In this document: one piece after another, positions 31,999-41,642 of the stretch | How the letters are laid out: each line of letters opens with the position of its first letter | Numbering within the stretch: position 1 is the stretch's first letter | NCBI RefSeq assembly: GCF_029238675.1 | Contig: NZ_JAQWFR010000029.1 | Coordinates: 12,178-76,177 of the forward strand | Length of the DNA stretch: 64,000 nucleotides | Source of the DNA: Oceanicoccus sp. | GTDB lineage: Bacteria > Pseudomonadota > Gammaproteobacteria > Pseudomonadales > Dasaniaceae | Direction: 5' to 3' | Made by a program: the position numbers and the translations under genes | Notes under the pieces: model-generated | Told to the model about the DNA's origin: nothing | Databases searched by the model: none | Seen by the model: only the letters and a program-made list of their open reading frames with translations

Positions 31999-33051
31999 AT
32001 GAGTAAACGGGTTTTATTAATCAAGCTGACTTCTATGGGCGACTTAATGCACGCCCTGCCCGCACTTACCGATGCCGCCACTGCCATTCCCGGGATTGAA
32101 TTCGACTGGGTGGTGGATGAAGCCTTTGCCGAAGTGCCCAGCTGGCACCCCGCCGTCAACCAGATTATCCGCAGCGCCCACCGGCGTTGGAAAAAAGATC
32201 TTAGCCAGTCCATTTTTGGCGGGCAGTTAGCCAACTTCTACAGCCAGTTAAATCATGCCGACTATGACGTGATATTAGACGCGCAAAACAATATTAAAAG
32301 TGCTGTTATTTCTACCCTGCGCCGCGGCAAAATACATGGCCTCAGCAAAGACAGTATTCGAGAAACACCGGCCCACTGGGCTTACCGCTACCAACATAAT
32401 GCCGATAAATCCCAACATGCTATCGCCAGACAGCGCTTATTATTTTCTGAAGCTATTGGTTATGACTTGCCGCAAACCGCACCGGATTACGGCATTGACC
32501 GCAGCATGATGCAACTGCCAGACATCAAGCTTCCTGAGCGTTTTCTTTTTTTTGTGCATAACGCCAGCTGGACCACCAAGCTATGGCCAGAGTCACACTG
32601 GCATAAGCTGATTGAACAAGCAGGGGACGCTGGCTACGAAGTTCTACTACCCTGCGGCAATGATGAAGAACTAGCCAGAGCTCAACGTCTTGCCGAACAA
32701 CATAGCAATGCAATAGCACTGCCAAAATTATCTCTATCCCATATTGGCGGCATTATGGATAAAGCTGAAGGCGTGGTGACCTGTGATACCGGCCTTTGCC
32801 ACTTAGCGGGAATGTTAGATCTGCCTTCGGTGAGTTTTTACGGCCCTACCAGCGACCAGCTAGTTGGCGCTACGGGTCTAAATCAGCAGCATATTATAGC
32901 CAGCAGTGAAGACTTTAGCTGTGCGCCCTGTTATGGCAGAAGCTGCACTAAAGATGGCGGAGACACGGAGATGTCTGATTGCATGGAATCGTTTTTACCA
33001 GAACAGATTTGGACAGCACTAACAGAACTGATTGCTAAGCGCAGTTATTAA
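31999..33051 (+). CDS. waaC: LPS heptosyltransferase I (GT9)
   Basis: VLLIKLTSMGDLMHALPA, FDWVVDEAFAEVPSWHP, HAIARQR, WTTKLWP, CDTGLCHLA, YGPT. Confidence 0.88.
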   Translation: MSKRVLLIKLTSMGDLMHALPALTDAATAIPGIEFDWVVDEAFAEVPSWHPAVNQIIRSAHRRWKKDLSQSIFGGQLANFYSQLNHADYDVILDAQNNIKSAVISTLRRGKIHGLSKDSIRETPAHWAYRYQHNADKSQHAIARQRLLFSEAIGYDLPQTAPDYGIDRSMMQLPDIKLPERFLFFVHNASWTTKLWPESHWHKLIEQAGDAGYEVLLPCGNDEELARAQRLAEQHSNAIALPKLSLSHIGGIMDKAEGVVTCDTGLCHLAGMLDLPSVSFYGPTSDQLVGATGLNQQHIIASSEDFSCAPCYGRSCTKDGGDTEMSDCMESFLPEQIWTALTELIAKRSY

Positions 33052-33119
33052 TTCGGCATGGGTACTGGGCAGTAACAGTAAAAAAATAAACGTAACTTTA
33101 ACTACATAAGCAAGCACGC

Positions 33120-33905
33120 TTAAAACCGGCCACGACTTTTCAATACAATATCACCCTGACTATTACGTTTGCCCAACCACGCTATTGATTCAGTCACTTC
33201 TGGAGCCAATTCCGGCCTTGCTTGTAAGGTGGCATCAAATTGATAAACGCCATTGACCGGGTTTATGGTTAATAAACCCATCATCCCCAAGCTGGCACTA
33301 AAATCATTGATATCAACATGAACCAGATTATCCTGCAGTGTGATCTGCGCCATATAGCTACCTAACGGCATAGCATAATCGCCCCCAAGCCAATCCACAT
33401 ATTCCACATTGAGTACGCCATCAATGGCGAGTAATTGTTTTGGGTTAACAATAATATGATCAAACACAAAAGCGATATCACCTTTGACCAGCATCGGGAA
33501 CCAAGGCTCTAATAAACTAATCGGTAGGCGACCTTCGACATTGTTAATGCTTATATCGCCTTTCTCATTGGCAACAACAGTCCCTTGTAGACGAAGCTCC
33601 GGGGCATTGCTGGTGAGATGAATAATAGGAGTGCGGTCTAGCAGTGACATAGGTTCAAGCTGCCATGACAACACACCTAAGGACACAGCTTCACCATCGA
33701 TAGTCATTATGGCTTCATTGGCCCGCCCTTCCCAGACGGTGCCCTCAAGCTTAGCCAAAGTGATAGCTGGTGCTTTGGGATCCAGTAATTGACGTTTCTC
33801 TAACTCTTCCAATGCCATCGGTACTAGTGAGGCGGGAGCATTGGCAATCGCCAGCACAGCGACGACTAAGAGTAGGACAACGGCAATTAAAATAGCCTTC
33901 ACCAA
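33120..33905 (-). CDS. gspN: Type II secretion protein N
   Basis: N-terminal TM, APASL, GTVWEG, LSWQL; last gene of the gsp cluster. Confidence 0.8.
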   Translation of the reverse strand: MVKAILIAVVLLLVVAVLAIANAPASLVPMALEELEKRQLLDPKAPAITLAKLEGTVWEGRANEAIMTIDGEAVSLGVLSWQLEPMSLLDRTPIIHLTSNAPELRLQGTVVANEKGDISINNVEGRLPISLLEPWFPMLVKGDIAFVFDHIIVNPKQLLAIDGVLNVEYVDWLGGDYAMPLGSYMAQITLQDNLVHVDINDFSASLGMMGLLTINPVNGVYQFDATLQARPELAPEVTESIAWLGKRNSQGDIVLKSRGRF

Positions 33906-34382
33906 TTAGCCCCCCTGACGTAAGCGCACAGAAACATTGACTAAACCTGTGGCCGCGCCATTGCTGATGGACAGATCTTTAACTAACACACCGTGGTCAT
34001 TTTCCAGCGCACCAATCCAGGCGATCACATCATTAAATACCGCATTTTCAAATCGTACTTGTACATCACCCGATGAGGAGGGCTGAAAACGATTCATGGT
34101 TAGGCCGCTGGCTTTTACCGTTGTGTCTATCAGGCGAGCAAGGTTTTGTTTAGAACCTGATTTCCCCGCGCCAGATTTTTGCAGTGCGTTATATTCTTTG
34201 GCCAGTTCTTTAACCGCTACTAAACTCTCCACCGCCTGCTTATTTTGCTGTTCTAAACGGGTGACCGAGGCAGACATCGGCGCAAGAATCACTACAAATA
34301 ATAGATAGGCCAAAACCACAAAAGAACCGAACAACAGCATCAACTGTTCCTGGCGACGTAAATTATTAAACCATTGCTGCAT
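33906..34382 (-). CDS. gspM: Type II secretion protein M
   Basis: WFNNLRRQEQLML, TM, coiled coil, VQVRFENAVFNDVIAWI. Confidence 0.9.
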   Translation of the reverse strand: MQQWFNNLRRQEQLMLLFGSFVVLAYLLFVVILAPMSASVTRLEQQNKQAVESLVAVKELAKEYNALQKSGAGKSGSKQNLARLIDTTVKASGLTMNRFQPSSSGDVQVRFENAVFNDVIAWIGALENDHGVLVKDLSISNGAATGLVNVSVRLRQGG

Positions 34383-34386
34383 CGTC

Positions 34387-35604
34387 TTAACCTCTCACCC
34401 GTAGCCTGGCTCGGGTTTTATCACCCTCGGCGTTGCTGCCGGTTAACTCCGCTTTTAAGCCTAGTTTTTCTAAATTGGCGCGGGCGGTTTCTACATCATT
34501 AAAACCCGACGCCAGGATAGTCATGCGAACTTCCGACTGTTTTTCATTGTAGTTTAAGCTTTGCACACTTAAGCCATTCACCGCATTCAATACTGGGCCT
34601 ATCTGGCTCAGAATAGAAACAAAGCCTTCGCCTGATGTACCTTTCATCGCGCCGACTTTGCGACGTAGTTGTCTTTCTGGATCCATCACTGCACCGCGAG
34701 GCACAGCAGTTCGGTAGGCCCGTTCTATTTCAGCACGCAGCTCAAGGTTATTCTTTTCCAGTACAGAAAGCTGGGTATACGATACCGCCACTTGAAAGAT
34801 AACGGCGGTAGCTAATAGCAACGCGGCCACTTTCCAGGTTTGCCACCATTTTTTCCATGGCAGGCTTGGGGCGTAATCACCCTGAAGTAAATTGATAGTA
34901 GTCGCTGTAACTTGTTGTTGGCTTAAACCTGTTGCCATCACTGACCAATAATCCTGATACTGCCAGTCAGCAATACCTCTTAATAGTTCCGGTAGTTGTG
35001 CGTTGATGGCTGACTGTTGTTCTTCGTTACAATAAACCGTTAGCCCCTCGGGCAGTTGCTCCGCTTCATCCAGCATTAACTGCAAAGCAAACGGGGCTGC
35101 ATCCGCTTCCAGAGCAAAACCCTCATAGGCTGCTGAACGCACCAACCAGCGATCACCATCAACGACGATGCTCCAACGTTCACTCTGTAGAGGGATATAC
35201 AATAACTCTGAAACCAACTGATTAATTTCAACGGTTTCAGGTACGGCATCGATTAAACTCTCGTCCAAAGTATCGCGCTTGATAATGGCCAGAGATACAG
35301 AGTTGCCAGCAATATCGCCCAAGGCAATATGCTGCTCTTCAATATCGTCTATGCAATCGTCTTCCAATGAATAGGGAATGGTCTGACGCAGTAATTTACG
35401 TTCGTGGCTTTCAAAGGCTACGGTTTTTAATGTGATATTTTCAGCATTAGCTAATAGGGTGACATTGGCGGCTTGCTCGCACTGCGCTTGTAGGCGCTCA
35501 CCATCACCTACTATTAACTGAGGGGCAGCCGCTGATTTTTTCTGGGCTACCAACCACTCGTAGTTATCAATGCCACACGGTTTTATTACTATTATCGAGT
35601 TCAC
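34387..35604 (-). CDS. gspL: Type II secretion protein L
   Basis: IPYSLEDDCIDDIEEQHIALG, INLLQGDY, TM, VMDPERQLRR; GTG start. Confidence 0.9.
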   Translation of the reverse strand: MNSIIVIKPCGIDNYEWLVAQKKSAAAPQLIVGDGERLQAQCEQAANVTLLANAENITLKTVAFESHERKLLRQTIPYSLEDDCIDDIEEQHIALGDIAGNSVSLAIIKRDTLDESLIDAVPETVEINQLVSELLYIPLQSERWSIVVDGDRWLVRSAAYEGFALEADAAPFALQLMLDEAEQLPEGLTVYCNEEQQSAINAQLPELLRGIADWQYQDYWSVMATGLSQQQVTATTINLLQGDYAPSLPWKKWWQTWKVAALLLATAVIFQVAVSYTQLSVLEKNNLELRAEIERAYRTAVPRGAVMDPERQLRRKVGAMKGTSGEGFVSILSQIGPVLNAVNGLSVQSLNYNEKQSEVRMTILASGFNDVETARANLEKLGLKAELTGSNAEGDKTRARLRVRG

Positions 35605-35639
35605 GATTAACGCTTGCCTGTTTTATGGTTATCTATGGT

Positions 35640-36716
35640 TTAACTTTCATTGTTTGCATTACTGTCCGCATTACTAGCAGGCCCGGCCTCACATTCACCA
35701 AACCCTGACTGGCCCCTGGCGATGGTTTTTATCTCGCCACCGGTACTGCGATGTAACACACTGTACAAAGTAAATTCTCTATCTAAAAATAGACTGTCTG
35801 TTCTCAGTAAAAAATATTCGCTTTTTACCGTAAAACGACTGGTATCCAGTTTTGAGGCTGGATGCTTACTGGCAAAATCTTCCAGCTTGTCATAACCCGT
35901 ATTCTGTTGCGTAAGCTCTGCGGTAATATCACCATCGCGCTGCGCTATCAGGGAGTCGGCTTCAGACTCTGATAAAGGCCGGCGCACCCCCGTATCGTTA
36001 ATAGCACGAAGTACCATAGCTTCAGCGGTATTAACATTAAGCAGTGCACTACCATCTAACGCAATCACATAGGGCTGTAACGCTCTATAGATTTGTGGTG
36101 TTATACCTTTTACCCAACGCAATTCAGAGACGCTAGTAAAAGGTCGGTTAGCCGCCTTGTAGGGCACCTCTAAATCCCCATAGTAACCGTTTTCTGCGCC
36201 GCCCTCTGGGCGGGTATTACTATCTTTATCTACCCAGTCCGAAACCGCATTGGTGATAGTTTCCGCCTGTGGCTGGTCGATAGTCTCTTCCAGCTTCAAG
36301 GCCTGTAACAGGCGGATAAATATTTCCTGGCCAGGGGTAAAACTCGCAGTCCCTTTGCCACTACCCGATAAGCTATTAAGGTTAAAACGCCCCTGCAAAT
36401 CACACAGGGTTCCCGCTATTGCACCCCACTCCATCGGATATTCAATTGTGTTGTATAACCAGCCCTCGCTGCGATGGTCTTTATCGGGGCTGGCTGTCAA
36501 ATCAGTTTGTAAAACTTCGCGGGCGATACCTTCTACCCCGGCCATATAAGCGAAGGCCTGTTTACCCAGCAACTGGTTTTCTACCCGTTTCAAGGTCACC
36601 AGAAAATCACTTTTGAGCGTGGTGGCCAATAGCGTTACCATCATCAAAACTACTAAGGCAAGGATCAACGCGGCACCTTGCTGCCTGGCTTTAAGGCTGG
36701 GCGATACTAAAGACAC
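35640..36716 (-). CDS. gspK: Type II secretion minor pseudopilin K
   Basis: QQG/AALILAL prepilin motif, DLQGRFNLN, ANRPFTSVSELR, LNVNTA. Confidence 0.92.
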   Translation of the reverse strand: MSLVSPSLKARQQGAALILALVVLMMVTLLATTLKSDFLVTLKRVENQLLGKQAFAYMAGVEGIAREVLQTDLTASPDKDHRSEGWLYNTIEYPMEWGAIAGTLCDLQGRFNLNSLSGSGKGTASFTPGQEIFIRLLQALKLEETIDQPQAETITNAVSDWVDKDSNTRPEGGAENGYYGDLEVPYKAANRPFTSVSELRWVKGITPQIYRALQPYVIALDGSALLNVNTAEAMVLRAINDTGVRRPLSESEADSLIAQRDGDITAELTQQNTGYDKLEDFASKHPASKLDTSRFTVKSEYFLLRTDSLFLDREFTLYSVLHRSTGGEIKTIARGQSGFGECEAGPASNADSNANNES

Positions 36717-37326
36717 GTCTCACCTCACCAAAATTTTCCAGCTCAAATTTTATATCCACTGCCAGGGGTAAGTTATCAGGATCATCCCAAATATCGACCC
36801 ACTCACCGCCCAGCACACTCGAAGATGCACCAGCAGAATTGCCATTTAAAAATGCCAACTCCAGATTAATCACGCCCTTTAATACCAGGGTTCGCTGCTG
36901 ACCTTCGTACTCTGAATTGCGATCCAATACAGACCAACTTTCACGCCAGAGTTCATCATCTTCCAGCACATAACGCACTCGCTGCAATTCTCCACGGGGC
37001 AATTCCCGTGGGTTGTGCCAACCCCTTCGCGTTAAGCTCAAAGGGTAGTCACTTAAAGCGCCGCCGACTAAGGCAGCTTCAACATCGCCATACTCGTTGT
37101 TAATCGGCCTTGCCACCGCATTGCGAATATCTCGCTCTAGTATGGTTAAGGGCAACTGGATATCAGCAATTTGCTGAGCCTGCTCCTCATGCCCTTCGGC
37201 GGCGATTATCGAGGTACTCAGACCACTGTAGGCTAACATCGCGACAAAGGCGGTGATTAACATCGCCAGCATCACTTCAATTAAAGTAAAACCCGCAGAC
37301 AATCTGACTAGTATCGCCCGCTTCAT
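36691..37326 (-). CDS. gspJ: Type II secretion minor pseudopilin J
   Basis: G/FTLIEVMLAM, LERDIRNAVARP, TRRGWHNP, LQRVRY. Confidence 0.92.
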   Translation of the reverse strand: MKRAILVRLSAGFTLIEVMLAMLITAFVAMLAYSGLSTSIIAAEGHEEQAQQIADIQLPLTILERDIRNAVARPINNEYGDVEAALVGGALSDYPLSLTRRGWHNPRELPRGELQRVRYVLEDDELWRESWSVLDRNSEYEGQQRTLVLKGVINLELAFLNGNSAGASSSVLGGEWVDIWDDPDNLPLAVDIKFELENFGEVRRVFSIAQP

Positions 37327-37724
37327 AATTTTTTATGAAACCGATCAATTAAACCCGTTACGCTCACCACCGATGACTCCTGATCATCTTGATCGGCATA
37401 AACGGACACCACTAGCTGACTAAAATTATCATTCTCGGTTTTTACCGGCTTAATAGTCCAGAACCATTCCTTGCCAGCCATTTCTTCAACACCCGAGCGT
37501 TCACGATCGATTAACTGGTTGTTTTTTCTGTTTTCTATATAAATCAGTTCCAGCTGATTTAATGCTACCCAATGGGCAATAGTTTGCTCACGTAAATAGG
37601 CGGTATTATTGATGGTGCTCATCATTTGGAACAGCAATGACGAAACGGCGACAGCAACAATCATTAGCGCCACCATCACTTCCACTAAAGTAAAGCCCGA
37701 CGATTGCGTGCTAATTTTCTTCAT
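37323..37724 (-). CDS. gspI: Type II secretion minor pseudopilin I
   Basis: G/FTLVEVMVAL, YLREQTIAHWVALN, EMAGKEWFW. Confidence 0.92.
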   Translation of the reverse strand: MKKISTQSSGFTLVEVMVALMIVAVAVSSLLFQMMSTINNTAYLREQTIAHWVALNQLELIYIENRKNNQLIDRERSGVEEMAGKEWFWTIKPVKTENDNFSQLVVSVYADQDDQESSVVSVTGLIDRFHKKL

Positions 37725-38379
37725 CGTCCTCTAACCCCGTAAGCACCTTAATTCGGCCGAGTTCATCCCCTTTAATCTCAACCTGATTATCGGGACTTTG
37801 CGCATCATATAACGTCATACTAAAGGCACTGATTTCACCACTGGATAATAACCATAAAGCCGGCAGCAGTGGTTCTTGTTGTTCTTCTTCAGTACCGCTT
37901 AACTGCTCGGCTATGCCCTCTTGCTGGTCAAAGACACTGGACTGCTCATTAACCGTCCGCTTTAATAAAATCTCAACTTCTTCTTCAGAGCCTTCCAACT
38001 CCAACCTGACACTGATGCCAGGAGAAAATAAAAAATCTACTTCACCGTTGCTGCTGCTGGCTAATTCCCAGTCGCCTTCTTTATTGCGAACTAACCAGCG
38101 GTAACCATACTGCTCTAAGTTGTAACCATCATTGTTATCAGCAGGTTGACGGTATATATCCACCCCCCACTGGGTATTGCTAAGAATAGCCTCTTCAGCA
38201 ATCAAGGCTGAGCTATTGGCGAACTGTTTTGCCTCACTTAGCAAGCGGTAGCTTTCATTACCACCCACGTTAAAATTGGCCAAGCTGAAACCCAAACCAA
38301 TAATCAGCAGAACGACCAATAGCTCGACTAAGCTAAAGCCCCGTGCTGAAATAATTCTACTCAACTTATTCGCCTTCAC
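37711..38379 (-). CDS. gspH: Type II secretion minor pseudopilin H
   Basis: G/FSLVELLVVL, EEAIL, LWLLSSGEISAF. Confidence 0.88.
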   Translation of the reverse strand: MKANKLSRIISARGFSLVELLVVLLIIGLGFSLANFNVGGNESYRLLSEAKQFANSSALIAEEAILSNTQWGVDIYRQPADNNDGYNLEQYGYRWLVRNKEGDWELASSSNGEVDFLFSPGISVRLELEGSEEEVEILLKRTVNEQSSVFDQQEGIAEQLSGTEEEQQEPLLPALWLLSSGEISAFSMTLYDAQSPDNQVEIKGDELGRIKVLTGLEDDEEN

Positions 38380-38815
38380 CGCCTTTTTTCATCCAACTAC
38401 CAATATCTGCATTTTGGTCTTCACCACCAGTAACGCCATCGGCACCCAGACTATAAATATCATAATCATCATCGCTGAACTCAGCGGGGCTTAGGTATAA
38501 ATAAGCACGCCCCCATGGGTCAAGCGGTAGATTTTTTAAGTAGCCGCCTTTTTTCCAATTATTGGGAACGGGGTCGATAGTGGGTTTTTCCACTAAGGCT
38601 TCCAGACCCTGCTCACTGGTTGGGTAGCTAAAGTTATTTAGACGGTACATACTTAAAGACGTATCAATCGCGCTAAAATCTGCCTTTACCTTTTGTACCC
38701 GGGCATCATCGGCCTGGTCCAATACGTTGGGTGCTACGATACTGACTAGTAAACCAATAATGACCAATACCACCATTATTTCGATCAAACTAAAACCGGA
38801 CTGCTTCTTCATCAT
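38366..38815 (-). CDS. gspG: Type II secretion major pseudopilin G
   Basis: G/FSLIEIMVVLVIIG, YPTSEQGLEALV, DPWGRAYLYLSP, SLGADG. Confidence 0.96.
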   Translation of the reverse strand: MMKKQSGFSLIEIMVVLVIIGLLVSIVAPNVLDQADDARVQKVKADFSAIDTSLSMYRLNNFSYPTSEQGLEALVEKPTIDPVPNNWKKGGYLKNLPLDPWGRAYLYLSPAEFSDDDYDIYSLGADGVTGGEDQNADIGSWMKKGGEGE

Positions 38816-38853
38816 TTTTTCCTATTAACTTGCTACATTTGGCTTTTTTAAAA

Positions 38854-40080
38854 CTAAGCCACTAAATTATTCATTTGGATAATGGGCATCAAAATAGAAA
38901 ACACAATCGTGCATACCACTGCGGCCATTACCAAAATCATCATGGGTTCAAACACGCCCATTAAATTATCCAAGCTCATATCCAGTTCACGTTGCTGGGT
39001 CAGCGCTGATCGTGCCAGCATATTCTCCAGCTCGCCACTGGCCTCACCGCTGGCGACCATATGCACCATCATAGGCGGAAAAACCTCCGCCTGATCCAAT
39101 GCCCGATGCAAACTTCCACCCTCCTGTACAGTAATAGCAACCTCTTTGCTCGCTTCTCGCAAACGCAGATTGGTTAAGACTTCTCCCGCTATTCGCAGAC
39201 CATCTAACAACGGCACGCCACTGGACGTTAAAATGCTTAGGGTAGAAGCAAAGCGAGCGGTATCCATGGCAACGACAAAGCCGGAGATAAACGGCAGTTT
39301 CAGCACAATACGATGCCAGACCTTGCGACGTTCAGGGCTTTTTAATAATTGCCGCCAACCGACTATGACAACAATCAGTCCGACAATCAGTGTCCACCAT
39401 TTCTCAGAAAAGAATTCACTGGTGGCGATTACTATTTTAGTTAAAGCAGGCAATTCCTGTTTGGTATGGTTAAACATGCTGACCAAATCAGGGACGACAA
39501 AAATCATTAATACACCGATAACCGCTACCGAGAGCAGCGTTAAAATAATCGGGTAAATCATCGCGCCTTTTAATTTTTGCGCAGTATGCTGACTGTTTTC
39601 GGTGTAATCGGCTAACTGCTCTAATACCGTACCTAAAAACCCAGCCGTCTCACCAGCCTTAACCATGGAGCAATACATTTCGTTAAAAATTTGCGGAAAG
39701 TCGCCCAAGGCATAGGCCAGACTATGCCCTTCTAATACTCGGGCGCGTACTTGTAACATTAAACTTTTGATTCGCGGCTTTCTGGCTTGCTGGGCTGTTG
39801 CGGTCAGTACTTCATCCAACGGCATATTGGATTGCACCAGGGTCGCCATTTGTCGTGTGATTAAACACAGGTCAGCCTGACTGATGCGAGGTTTAAATAA
39901 ACCTTCTAAATTAAAACCCGAGCGAGGCTTGGCAATTTTTTCTGCGGATTCGGTAACGGCGACAGGTTTTAATTGCTGCAGGCGTAGCTGGCTTCTGACC
40001 TGACGCTCTGAGTCACCCTCAATAACGCCTTTGACCATTTTGCCATTGCTATCAAATGCTTTATAGCTAAATGCCGACAT
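38854..40080 (-). CDS. gspF: Type II secretion inner-membrane platform protein F
   Basis: RQMATLVQSNMPL, KAGETAG, AMIYP, SGEASGEL, FEPMMIL. Confidence 0.96.
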   Translation of the reverse strand: MSAFSYKAFDSNGKMVKGVIEGDSERQVRSQLRLQQLKPVAVTESAEKIAKPRSGFNLEGLFKPRISQADLCLITRQMATLVQSNMPLDEVLTATAQQARKPRIKSLMLQVRARVLEGHSLAYALGDFPQIFNEMYCSMVKAGETAGFLGTVLEQLADYTENSQHTAQKLKGAMIYPIILTLLSVAVIGVLMIFVVPDLVSMFNHTKQELPALTKIVIATSEFFSEKWWTLIVGLIVVIVGWRQLLKSPERRKVWHRIVLKLPFISGFVVAMDTARFASTLSILTSSGVPLLDGLRIAGEVLTNLRLREASKEVAITVQEGGSLHRALDQAEVFPPMMVHMVASGEASGELENMLARSALTQQRELDMSLDNLMGVFEPMMILVMAAVVCTIVFSILMPIIQMNNLVA

Positions 40081-40088
40081 GGTGAGCC

Positions 40089-41609
40089 CTAGGCTGCGGT
40101 TACCCGCAACACCTCTTCAACGGTTGTTTCACCGGCCAATACCCGGCGGCGGCCATCATCCAATATTCCCCCGGCGCGTTTGCGGGCTTCGGTTAGCATT
40201 TCCTGTTCGCCGACACCTTCATGGATCATGACCCGTAAGTCATCATCAATCTCTATCATTTCGTAAATGCCAGTACGGCCTTTATAACCACTCTGATTAC
40301 AATGGTCACAACCGACGGCACGATAAATGGTGACCTCTTCGGTGCTGCCGGACATACCCAACAGAGCCAATTCACCTTCACTGGCCCCATGCTCTTCTTT
40401 ACAGTGATCGCACAAAACCCTGACCAAACGCTGGGCTAACACACCGATAATACTTGAGGATAATAAGAAAGGCTCAACACCCATATCCTGCAAACGCGTT
40501 ATGGCACCAACAGCCGTATTGGTGTGCAAGGTAGATAAAACCAGGTGACCGGTTAAACTCGCCTGCACGGCAATTTCTGCTGTTTCGGTATCGCGAATCT
40601 CACCGACCATGACTACATCGGGATCCTGCCGCAGGATTGCCCGCAGGCCTCTGGCAAAGGTCATATCTACTTTGGAATTGACTTGTGTCTGGCCAATGCC
40701 CGGCAATAAATATTCCACTGGGTCTTCGATGGTTAGAATATTGCGACTGCTTTGGTTTATATGGGTTAAGCCAGCGTAAAGTGTTGTGGTTTTACCGGAA
40801 CCTGTTGGGCCCGTCACCAAAATAATACCGTGAGGGGTATGCAATGCCTTAGTATAAGCCTCGTGTACCTGTTGATTCATTTGCAACTGGTCGAGATGCA
40901 ACTGCCCGGCTTGCTTATCTAACAGGCGCAGTACAACGCGCTCACCATGGGCGGAAGGAATGGTTGATACACGAATATCGACGGCATGCCCCGCCAGGCG
41001 AATGGAGATACGGCCATCTTGCGGCACACGTTTTTCGGCGATATCTAATTTAGCCATCACTTTTAAACGTGACACCAACAGCGGAGCTAGCATTCGTTTT
41101 GGTGACAGTACTTCCGTTAAAATACCATCGATACGAAAACGTACTGTTAGTTTATCTTCAAAGGTTTCAATATGAATATCAGAAGCCTGCTCTCGCACCG
41201 CCTGTGATAGCACCGCATTAATAAGACGAATAACCGGTGCATCATCATCGGCATCCATCAAGTCGGCAGTATCGGGAATTTCATCGGCCAGGCGAGTCAG
41301 GTCAATATCCGACCCCATATCTTCGGCCACTTGCACGGCTTCGTTATTATCTTTTTGATAGGCTTGGGTTAGTCGTTGTTGAAAAGCGCCTTCGGAGAGT
41401 TCGGTGCTAGTAAATGACTGGCCTAGTGAGCGACGCAGTTCAAGTAAGGTAGCAACCTTTAGACCCGGTCGATAAAAAATATGCGGCTGCTCATTATCGT
41501 ACTGCAACAACACGCCATGGGCCTGGGCAAAGGTAAACGGCAACCGCTCAACTCTTGCATCGGTCTCGGCCAGGTCTTCATTTTGAATAATAGTCTCAGC
41601 ATTATCCAT
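40089..41609 (-). CDS. gspE: Type II secretion ATPase E
   Basis: ASDIHIE, GPTGSGKTTTL, TIEDPVEY, LRQDPDVVMVGEIRD, CxxC-CxxC. Start placed at ATG 41609. Confidence 0.97.
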   Translation of the reverse strand: MDNAETIIQNEDLAETDARVERLPFTFAQAHGVLLQYDNEQPHIFYRPGLKVATLLELRRSLGQSFTSTELSEGAFQQRLTQAYQKDNNEAVQVAEDMGSDIDLTRLADEIPDTADLMDADDDAPVIRLINAVLSQAVREQASDIHIETFEDKLTVRFRIDGILTEVLSPKRMLAPLLVSRLKVMAKLDIAEKRVPQDGRISIRLAGHAVDIRVSTIPSAHGERVVLRLLDKQAGQLHLDQLQMNQQVHEAYTKALHTPHGIILVTGPTGSGKTTTLYAGLTHINQSSRNILTIEDPVEYLLPGIGQTQVNSKVDMTFARGLRAILRQDPDVVMVGEIRDTETAEIAVQASLTGHLVLSTLHTNTAVGAITRLQDMGVEPFLLSSSIIGVLAQRLVRVLCDHCKEEHGASEGELALLGMSGSTEEVTIYRAVGCDHCNQSGYKGRTGIYEMIEIDDDLRVMIHEGVGEQEMLTEARKRAGGILDDGRRRVLAGETTVEEVLRVTAA

Positions 41610-41642
41610 TACGCGCACCCTTGCTAACAGAAGCCATTAATC

